Assembly: GCA_049509455.1 (NCBI GenBank)
Contig: JBEKZX010000008.1
Coordinates: forward strand, 1 to 47,770
Length of the DNA stretch: 47,770 bases
Source of the DNA: Conexivisphaerales archaeon
Lineage (GTDB): Archaea > Thermoproteota > Nitrososphaeria > Conexivisphaerales > DTJL01
Reading direction: 5' to 3'
Made by a program: the position numbers and the translations under genes. Every line of letters begins with the position of its first letter. Position 1 is the stretch's first letter. Below, piece by piece: positions 9,374-16,249 of this stretch. The notes beneath the pieces are model-generated. The model was not told the origin of the DNA and searched no databases. It saw only the letters and a program-made list of their open reading frames with translations.

Positions 9374-9820
9374 ATGCTCGAAGAGCGTTCCGCCGGTGTC
9401 GTGGTCTTCCATACGGACGACGGCGTGACTAAATACTTGCTGCTGAAGAACGACAAATCGAAGTACGATCTGCCCAAGGGCAACATCGAGCCCGGCGAGT
9501 CCGAGCTCAAAGCCGCGGTCAGGGAGGCAAAGGAGGAGACGGGCCTAACCGACATCAAACTAGTGGACGGCTTTTCAGACAAGGTCATCTATTTCTATTT
9601 GCGGCCCGGTGGCATCAAGGTGCACAAATCGGTCCAGTATTATCTTGGTTACACGAGCAACATCGACGTGAGGATATCGGACGAACACAAAGGCTTCTCA
9701 TGGGTGACGTTGGAAGAAGCTTTGAAGTTGACTACCTATGAGAACGTGAGGGTTCTCTTGAATAAGGCGGACATGTTTCGTAAGAAGAATGGAATTCAAT
9801 CTACCCTTGTTATCTCATGA
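9374..9820 (+). CDS. Nudix hydrolase (Ap4A-hydrolase-like)
   Basis: ERSAGVVVF, Nudix box GNIEPGESELKAAVREAKEETG, SDEHKGFSWV; ATG 9374 preferred over 9290. Confidence 0.85.
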   Translation: MLEERSAGVVVFHTDDGVTKYLLLKNDKSKYDLPKGNIEPGESELKAAVREAKEETGLTDIKLVDGFSDKVIYFYLRPGGIKVHKSVQYYLGYTSNIDVRISDEHKGFSWVTLEEALKLTTYENVRVLLNKADMFRKKNGIQSTLVIS

Positions 9821-10014
9821 TTTGGTGTGAAGGCAATGGGTGCTTCCTAGTTCTTTTGGAAGGCCATCCGGATTTACTTGTTTATGGATACCATTCTTTA
9901 TGGTATCTCTTCTTTATGAGTGTTGTTTGATACTCATTTTGTTAGTTGATAGTTTTTTCTAAGTATAATTTAAGTGTGTATGAGTGCACAGGATGAGTGT
10001 GCTTCCTAGTGGTT

Positions 10015-10236
10015 TTAGGCATCCTTGGCAACAGGAACGTAGCAGGTCTTGTTTCGACCCGTCCTCCGATCCAACGGGTGTCTGTAACGATAGTAGCTGT
10101 AACTCTTCTCGGGGTTCTTTCCTGTCCTAACGACCACGTCGGGGTTCCACGCCGGCCTGCCGCACTTGGGACATCTGGTCAGCTCCTGTCGTGGCACGGA
10201 CAACACCATGTCCCTGCCATTCATATACTTGTCCAC
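10015..10236 (-). CDS. Small zinc-finger protein (C-x2-C-x27-H-x11-C), paralog of 24431..24694
   Basis: RCPKCGRPAWNPDVVVRTGKNPEKSYSYYRYRHPLDRRTGRNKTCY; SD GGAGGAGGT 6 nt before GTG 10236; homology to a second copy supports coding status. Confidence 0.72.
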   Translation of the reverse strand: MDKYMNGRDMVLSVPRQELTRCPKCGRPAWNPDVVVRTGKNPEKSYSYYRYRHPLDRRTGRNKTCYVPVAKDA

Positions 10237-10297
10237 GCCGCGACCTCCTCCGCAAGCACGGTGTCGCTTGGCCACTCTAACGACCAATTGTCCATAT

Positions 10298-10313
10298 CGC
10301 GCTCAACACCTAA
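10298..10313 (-). promoter_or_regulatory. Conserved 16-mer TTAGGTGTTGAGCGCG upstream of zinc-finger gene copy 1
   Basis: Identical to 24321-24336 (+), which lies upstream of the paralogous gene. Confidence 0.7.
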
Positions 10314-10540
10314 AGAATCCCCATTCCTTGCCGGACAATTACAAAGGCGTGGTTGACCACTCCAAAGGGGTCAGAGCTTGGTTCGTGGACAACACTCGAA
10401 CCCCCGATCCTGAGGCAAGATAAGCTCATCTTCTGTGTAACCGACGTTTTCAGACCGGCAATACTGAGGCTTCGCGGCCTACCCCGCACTTGGTAGTAGC
10501 CCGGACAACCACTGGGAAGCACCTATCACGCTCAATCTAA

Positions 10541-11362
10541 TTAACGAAAAGATAACGCTCTATGAACAGCTTCTATGTCATCCGAGTATTTAGAAAGCCT
10601 CTTTTTAGTCAAATTCTCTCGCACAATTGAAGTCACATCAGAGTCTTGGCTCTGAGCTAGCTTGACCATGTAGGCAAAGCCCTCTTTGGGGAGGGCTGCT
10701 ACGACCACACTAAATGAATACCCGAGGCTTTTCTTCAAGACCTTGTAGCCCTCGTCTTTACGGTTGAGCCCGGCAAGTTTTTCGAAGATTCCCTGATGCA
10801 GGCGGAGGGCCGAGCTAGCCATGCCGCCGTCAAGGAGGCGCGGCTCCGCGATGCCAGCCACTACGGCGCGAAGGAGGAAGGGGTCGTCCTCCTTTGCCCA
10901 CTTGAATAGAAGGAGCAGGGTCTGCTTTGGCTCGACGTCCAGCATGCGCTGCAGGGCCATCGCCACAGCCTCTCTGGTCCTCCACCTGGAGTCAGCGCTC
11001 ATCGATTTGAGGGAGGAGGCTACGATCGAATGGTCTTCCGCCCGAAACGAGAGAGCTCCCAGTCCGAAGACGCCGCAGAACACGAGGAACTCCTTAGGAT
11101 CGTTGGTGGGAGCCAAAGAGGCAGGTATCTGGGCAAGGCTCTGGCAGAGAGATATCATGTCTCTCGGATTCAGCACACCAGCGGTGGCCCCCCGCTGAAG
11201 GACGTTGGCGAATGCGGTCGCGAGCTCCAGGTTGCCCCTCGGGCCGGGCAACCCGCTCCTCTGTAGTAAGTAGGCCCGCAGGTCGCCGAAGTCGCTGCTC
11301 TTGGAATAGGCCCAGAAGAGAGACCACAGGTCTCTTTCGTAATCCCTAGTCTTCTTACCCAC
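10541..11362 (-). CDS. HEAT-repeat protein (DNA alkylation repair / AlkD-like superfamily)
   Basis: SGLPGPRGNLELA, DSRWRTREAVAMALQR, DVTSIVRENLTKKRL; helical repeat pattern; GTG start. Confidence 0.7.
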   Translation of the reverse strand: MGKKTRDYERDLWSLFWAYSKSSDFGDLRAYLLQRSGLPGPRGNLELATAFANVLQRGATAGVLNPRDMISLCQSLAQIPASLAPTNDPKEFLVFCGVFGLGALSFRAEDHSIVASSLKSMSADSRWRTREAVAMALQRMLDVEPKQTLLLLFKWAKEDDPFLLRAVVAGIAEPRLLDGGMASSALRLHQGIFEKLAGLNRKDEGYKVLKKSLGYSFSVVVAALPKEGFAYMVKLAQSQDSDVTSIVRENLTKKRLSKYSDDIEAVHRALSFR

Positions 11363-11490
11363 CTCGCACCAGCTGACGAGTCCTCGACGCGCAAGCTATT
11401 AGACGTGTCGAGCCGTCCACTAGGAAGCACACATCATGCAAAACGAAACTCAAGTAAACTTAATAGTGAACATCATACAAGAAACCTCTC

Positions 11491-11871
11491 ATGAATTCCA
11501 CGCCCATAGTACTTAGCGATATAGCAGCAATTAGACTGAGAGGAATCCTGTCAGAAGGCAAGTACAAGGCGATTCGGTTCGCCATGTCGGAAACAGAACA
11601 AGGGAGACTCGCGCCCAGCATGTACCTCGTCGACGAAGTCTCCGAAGGTGATATGCTGTTCGATGAGGGAGGGATCTCCGTGCTAATGGATAAGGAGACG
11701 GCAGAGGTCCTTGAGGGAGCAGAGGTCGACTTCGTCCGCGAAGGTGAAGACGAGCATTTCGTGCTGACTGGCGGCCTCACTAGCGGTTGCGGATGCGGGT
11801 CCGACTCGACCGGTGGGTCCTGTGGATGCGGTTGCGGCGGCGGAGCCGAAGTGGGCGAAGAAGACGCCTAG
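11491..11871 (+). CDS. HesB/IscA-family Fe-S cluster carrier-like protein with Cys/Gly-rich tail
   Basis: IVLSDIAAIRL, DMLFDEGGISVLMDKETAEVLEGAEVDFV, terminal GCGCGS...SCGCGCG. Confidence 0.7.
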   Translation: MNSTPIVLSDIAAIRLRGILSEGKYKAIRFAMSETEQGRLAPSMYLVDEVSEGDMLFDEGGISVLMDKETAEVLEGAEVDFVREGEDEHFVLTGGLTSGCGCGSDSTGGSCGCGCGGGAEVGEEDA

Positions 11872-12059
11872 GTCGGAAAGGTTCTTCATCGTACTCGATA
11901 TCTTGCTCGATTTTGGTTCGCCCGGCTCTGAAAGTGTCCGGTGCGTCTGACCAGGCCTCTATTCCTGGCCCGGCCACCTCTGGGCTGGGATCGTCGAGAC
12001 CGACAGGTTGTGGCATCAGGACACCATGGTCTCTTCGCGAAAAGGCTATATCATACTAT

Positions 12060-12078
12060 CATATCATCTTATGATATG
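12060..12078. promoter_or_regulatory. Palindromic operator CATATCAT-CTT-ATGATATG overlapping the start codon of the RHH gene
   Basis: Perfect 8-bp inverted repeat; extra TATCAT half-sites at 12048-12061. Confidence 0.6.
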
Positions 12079-12243
12079 AAGAAGTCGCGAGTCACCATCA
12101 CTCTGTCGGAGGATCTGTTACAGGAGCTAGACAAGGTCGTCCGACGTCGGCAGGCAGAACAGGTCAAGGAGGGCCAACTAGTCTCTGTTAGCCGGAGCCA
12201 GGTCATCGAAGAGGTCCTCCTACAGGGATTGAAGAAGAGATAG
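12076..12243 (+). CDS. Ribbon-helix-helix (CopG/MetJ-Arc) DNA-binding protein
   Basis: MKKSRVTITLSEDLLQELDKVV...VSRSQVIEEVL; 55 aa from ATG 12076, downstream of a TATA-like CTATATC. Confidence 0.8.
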   Translation: MKKSRVTITLSEDLLQELDKVVRRRQAEQVKEGQLVSVSRSQVIEEVLLQGLKKR

Positions 12244-12315
12244 CCCGTGTTAGTTTCTTCCCCATGCTCTTAAGAAGAGGTAGATTCAAGCCTCCGGACT
12301 GAGACTTTCGAGACC

Positions 12316-13293
12316 TTGAACGGCAGGATAGTAGTCCAAGGCGGTGCCGGTCGCTGGAAGATAGACGATTCACCCAACCTCAAGGCTATTAAGGTGCTCG
12401 AGGACGCGGCGGAGGCTGGAGCCACCTCGATAAGGAAGGGTAGCGCGGTGGACGGAGTTGTGGCCGCGGTCAGGGTGATGGAGGACTCTGGAGTCTTCAA
12501 TGCCGGAAGAGGCGCCGTGCTGAACTACGAGGGCTTCATCGAGCTCGACGCCGGCATCATGGACGGAGAAAGGCTCTGGGCCGGCGGAGTGGGTTGCGTC
12601 AAGGATGTCCCGCATCCCGTCGAGCTGGCAAGGATCGTCATGGAGCAGACTGCCCATGTCCTCATGGTGTCTTCCGGCGCAGAGAAGCTGGCCTAGGCAT
12701 ACGGTCTAAGGGAGAAGCTTTCGCCCACAAAGGAAAGGGAGCAGTCCTTCCAGCAGGGACGGAGCTCCTACCTTTCCTCCGCGCAACAGGGTTGGATAAG
12801 GAAGCTGGACAAGAACTACCTGCGGGCCGCCGAGCCGTCGGACACGGTGGGAGCCGTGGCCCTAGACCAAGACGGTCAGCTTGCCGCCGCCACCTCCACG
12901 GGTGGCATGCAGTTCAAGCTTCCGGGCAGGGTGGGCGATTCGCCCCTCGCCGGGTCGGGCTTCTACGCCATGCGAAACGTGGGCGCCGCGTCGGCCACCG
13001 GGACCGGCGAGATGATCATTAAGTGCGGCCTCTGCCTGAAGGCTGTGGGCTTGATGGCGGGGAAATTTCCAGCTCCCCAGGCCGCCAAAAAGGCCGTCGA
13101 GGAGATGGGACTGCTCGTGGGAGAGGACACCGGAGGGCTCGTGGCCCTTGACAAGAACGGAGTGGCGGGCGTCTACACAAATACGGAGGTCATCGCCGTA
13201 GGGTTTTCAGGGGCGGGGTTGGACCCCTATGCCAGGATAGTCCGTCGCGAAGAACTGGAGAGCTTCAGGCGCACTATCTCAAGGCGTATGTGA
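12316..13293 (+). pseudogene. Isoaspartyl peptidase/L-asparaginase (Ntn hydrolase) interrupted by one in-frame TAG at 12694-12696
   Basis: Track ORFs 12316..12696 and 12847..13293 share a frame; the gap reads GAEKLA*AYGLREKL...EPSDTVGAVALD; motifs MEDSGVFNAGRG, ELDAGIMDG, DTVGAV, GRVGDSP intact. Confidence 0.8.
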
Positions 13294-13332
13294 GAAAGAC
13301 TTAATTCGCCGTCTCGGAAGAAGTGGGTCGTC

Positions 13333-13683
13333 ATGGTTCTGGTCAAGGTAAACCGGGTCAGCAGCCATACCGACATGGAGACGGGCAAGCCGGGAAAACA
13401 GATCGAGCTGGTGGAGGTTCGACGTCGTCAGGGACAGCCACCTGGGATGCCATACGGGGAAGAAGCTCAGATGGTGCAGGGCATCTTGAGCCAGATGCAG
13501 AACCTCGGAGTGATGATGCCGCAGGGGAGGGACCTTGTCTTTCCTAAGCTCACCGTGATCCTTTCAGAGGACGAATACGACCTCTTGGGCATCAGGTTCG
13601 AGGTCAACGACATGTACGAGCTCAGCATGAAGAACGGCACCTTTGAATTCAAGAAAGCGACAGAGACGGAGTCCTCGTACTAG
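13333..13683 (+). CDS. Arcadin-1-like protein
   Basis: VKVNRVSS...GKQIELVE...PKLTVILSEDEYDLLGIRFEVNDMYEL resembles, from memory, arcadin-1 proteins of TACK archaea. Confidence 0.55.
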   Translation: MVLVKVNRVSSHTDMETGKPGKQIELVEVRRRQGQPPGMPYGEEAQMVQGILSQMQNLGVMMPQGRDLVFPKLTVILSEDEYDLLGIRFEVNDMYELSMKNGTFEFKKATETESSY

Positions 13684-14084
13684 GACCCCCCTTTCAGCAG
13701 CGCCTCGATCTGCGGTACTGAGTCCTCCACCAGTGATTTCGCCAGGAGCTGGGCCCCCATAATTTCATCTTCGCTGGCATCTTCGACATGGATGCCAGCC
13801 GAAAGCACAACGGGGAGACCGGTCATCGCGGCTAGCTGGCCGGCCAGCTTCTTGGCAAGATCGTCCTCCTTGTGCCCTAGGCGCGCAAAGACTGAAACAG
13901 AGCTGCTCATCTTCCTCGGGTCCCTCCGACTAGGTCGCGGCTCCGCTAGGGCGACGGCTCCCACGTGCGAAACATCGCCTCCGCCGAGGGTCACCACAAT
14001 CCCTTCATCCAAGACCACGACGACAATCTGGACGGATAAGCCTCCCTCAGACTTCGCCGCCTGGAACACGCGACTCTTCATCAT
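13680..14084 (-). CDS. LpdD-like (prenylated flavin chaperone / PAC4-like fold) protein
   Basis: LGGGDVSHVGAVALAEPRPS, GHKEDDLAKKLA, PVVLSAGIHVEDASEDEI pattern. Confidence 0.6.
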   Translation of the reverse strand: MMKSRVFQAAKSEGGLSVQIVVVVLDEGIVVTLGGGDVSHVGAVALAEPRPSRRDPRKMSSSVSVFARLGHKEDDLAKKLAGQLAAMTGLPVVLSAGIHVEDASEDEIMGAQLLAKSLVEDSVPQIEALLKGGS

Positions 14085-14184
14085 GCCGTCCGACTGAGGG
14101 GGCGGCGGATTAACGTTGCTGTAGGCGGCCGTCGAAAAGAAAGCCTTATCTCGACTCCAGGGAGAATGCCAGCCTTGATCGGCA

Positions 14185-14976
14185 ATGTCTCGCTACAAAG
14201 ATGTGCCAGAAGAGCTCGTGTATCGGCTCTTCTACCCCGCGCCTGTCTACTTGATCTCCGCCGCCTCGGGCAAGGATGAAGATGCGATGGCGGCCGTCTG
14301 GGTGACGCCCGTTTCCCTGAAGCCCCCGAGGGTGGGCGTCGTCGTTTCGCCCGAGAGGTACTCTTACTCGCTCATCCGTAAGAGCAGATCTTTCGCCGTC
14401 AACAAGCTTCCCTTCCGCTATGTCAAGCAGATGGCCTTCATCGGTGACGTATCGAAGCGATACCAGCATAACAAGTTGGACCTGAGTGGCCTTCACATCG
14501 CCGCGGGGAGGACTTCGGGAGTCAGGGTCATCCGAGAGGCCGACGCCGTAATCGAATGCAAGCTGGTCACTACCTTCGAAGCGGGGGACCATGACGTCCT
14601 CGTAGGCGAGGTAGCCAGCGCCTACGCCACGCCCGACTTTGACATGATATGGCAGGTGGACAGGTACAGCTACGCAAATTACGTTGGCTCCATCGGAGAC
14701 GGTGACTCCGCCCGGAGGGTCTTCACATCGCCAGCTGGCGAAGTCGATGAGACCAGGTGGCCCCGTAGCGAAGCCGTCTTCCGTCGTAGCAGGGACCACA
14801 GGTCGGTCGAGGAGGCAGGCCTCGGCGTCAAAGGGAAGGAGATTCACACGGCGGCCAAGCTCGTATCAGGGAAGACGGGCTTGAGGGTCAAGGACGCGCT
14901 CTTCCTCCTTGAGGAAATGAGGCGGCAGGGGCTCGTGCAGCTAGGCGGAAGGCTGGCCGCTTCTGACTTTGAGTAG
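14185..14976 (+). CDS. Flavin reductase-like FMN-binding protein with C-terminal extension
   Basis: FYPAPVYLI, WVTPVSLKPP, LIRKSRSFAVN, ECKLVTTFEAGDHDVLVGEV. Confidence 0.8.
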   Translation: MSRYKDVPEELVYRLFYPAPVYLISAASGKDEDAMAAVWVTPVSLKPPRVGVVVSPERYSYSLIRKSRSFAVNKLPFRYVKQMAFIGDVSKRYQHNKLDLSGLHIAAGRTSGVRVIREADAVIECKLVTTFEAGDHDVLVGEVASAYATPDFDMIWQVDRYSYANYVGSIGDGDSARRVFTSPAGEVDETRWPRSEAVFRRSRDHRSVEEAGLGVKGKEIHTAAKLVSGKTGLRVKDALFLLEEMRRQGLVQLGGRLAASDFE

Positions 14977-15459
14977 GTAGGCTTCATACTCACGGACGGC
15001 CCTGATCTGCACACGCCTCTTCAGCGAGCCGGGGCGGAGCCTCTTCACCTCCTTTATCGCATCATCGGCATTCATCCCCTTCACCTTGATCAGGTAGGCA
15101 CAAAGCACCATGCCCGTCCTGCCCATGCCCGCGAGGCAGTGGACGAGCACCTTCACTCCCTTTCCGTCCCCCATTAGGTCCACCGCCTCGTCCAGCGCCT
15201 GCGCGGTGGCTCCTTCCATGTTCACCATCGGAAGATCAAGTACCTTGATGCCTATCCTCTCTGCATAGTTGCGGTCTAGCGTCTCTTCGGTCAGGTTCAG
15301 GATGACGTCGATGCCTCTCTGCTTCAACCAGCGGAGGGCACTGTGGCTACCAGGGAACCCGCTACCCGCTACCGAATTCGGGATAAGCCACGAGAAGTTC
15401 GAAGGCCTCCCCACCACCAATGCGTAACCCTTCCTGTAGATGGAGGAGAGGAAGTCAAT
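14941..15459 (-). CDS. Dual-specificity/tyrosine protein phosphatase; start uncertain (ATT 15459 or TTG 15420)
   Basis: Catalytic HCLAGMGRTG (HCx5R), PSNFSWL, AIKEVKRLRPGSL; the track start at 15546 overlaps mocA head-to-head and is unlikely. Confidence 0.85.
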   Translation of the reverse strand: MDFLSSIYRKGYALVVGRPSNFSWLIPNSVAGSGFPGSHSALRWLKQRGIDVILNLTEETLDRNYAERIGIKVLDLPMVNMEGATAQALDEAVDLMGDGKGVKVLVHCLAGMGRTGMVLCAYLIKVKGMNADDAIKEVKRLRPGSLKRRVQIRAVREYEAYLLKVRSGQPSA

Positions 15460-15535
15460 GAGGGTGATGAACCATGGTGTGCGAATGGTTGCGCATATTA
15501 ATATACGTCTAGCTGTGAATTGAAAAGGTCTGCTG

Positions 15536-16171
15536 TTGAAGCCCATCTATCTTATGGTACTTGCGGCTGGCCTCAGCAGTCGTTTCGGGCGGAACAAGCT
15601 CGTCGAAGTCGTCGACGGGATGACTGTAGTGGAGCACGTGGTCCGCGCCGGCCAAGGTGCCGGGCTCAAATCGACGGTGGTAGTGACGGGCCATGAAAGG
15701 GAGAGAATACAGGCTGCTCTGTCCAAGCTGGAGTACGAAGAGGCTTACAACCCGGATTTTGAGCAGGGGATGAGTACCTCCATACGGACTGGGATAGCCC
15801 ATGTCAAGAATAGAGCCAGAGCAGTGGTCATCTCCCCCGGCGACATGGCTTTCACGGAGACACGCCTGTACGACATGGTGTTGGACGAATACGCCAAGCG
15901 GCGCAATAAGATAGTCGTAGCGACCTACAAGGGGAGGGGCGGTCATCCCATTCTGTTTGATGGCTCCACCTTTGAAGATCTTCTAAAGATATCCGAGGAG
16001 ACGCGAGGGATGAAGGAGGTCGTCCAGAAGTACCGAGAAGTCACCACCTACGTCGAGACATCCTCCCCTCGGGTCCTCCTGGATATAGATTACCAGGAGG
16101 ACTTCGCCAGGGCTGCGAGGGAGCTGGGCACCCAAATAGGTCAAAGGGCTACGAAAGACGGTACAAAGTAG
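15536..16171 (+). CDS. mocA: Molybdenum cofactor cytidylyltransferase (MocA-like NTP transferase)
   Basis: VLAAGLSSRFGRNKL, NPDFEQGMSTSIRTG, GHPILF, DIDYQEDF; adjacent to a xanthine dehydrogenase family operon. Confidence 0.8.
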   Translation: MKPIYLMVLAAGLSSRFGRNKLVEVVDGMTVVEHVVRAGQGAGLKSTVVVTGHERERIQAALSKLEYEEAYNPDFEQGMSTSIRTGIAHVKNRARAVVISPGDMAFTETRLYDMVLDEYAKRRNKIVVATYKGRGGHPILFDGSTFEDLLKISEETRGMKEVVQKYREVTTYVETSSPRVLLDIDYQEDFARAARELGTQIGQRATKDGTK

Positions 16172-16249
16172 TGAATGGTCGACGCTAGCCATCGTCAAAC
16201 TGCTCTGACGGGCTCAGAGGAGCCAACGTTGCTGCGTTAATCATATGGA

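Larger units (their letters stand above)
9840..11432. repeat. Four dispersed copies of GTGCTTCC(T/C)AGT: 9840-9851 (+), 9999-10010 (+), 10511-10522 (-), 11419-11430 (-)
   Basis: Read directly. 9997-10012 and 11417-11432 form a perfect 16-bp inverted repeat; 9999-10014 and 10507-10522 match 15/16 inverted. Confidence 0.8.

Noticed and set aside
10380-10405. tRNA T-arm-like GGGGGTTCGAGT on the minus strand
   Set aside because: No matching T-stem, acceptor stem or anticodon arm; it instead forms a local GGTTCG/CGAACC hairpin.
9821-11432. Replication origin (ORB repeats flanking an AT-rich unwinding element)
   Set aside because: The repeat shares only TTCC-AGTGG with ORB consensus, lacks the AAA and G-string, and there is no cdc6/orc1 gene in the window.
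9840-11432. CRISPR array or IS element
   Set aside because: Repeats are 12-16 bp, irregularly spaced and in mixed orientation; no cas gene, transposase or target-site duplication is visible.
11780-12016. 78-aa minus-strand ORF between IscA and the RHH gene
   Set aside because: It overlaps the IscA gene antisense, has no recognisable motif, and has no clear promoter or SD.
12694-12696. Genome-wide amber recoding (pyrrolysine or reassignment)
   Set aside because: TAG clearly ends several conserved genes at their expected C-termini, and only one internal TAG was found.
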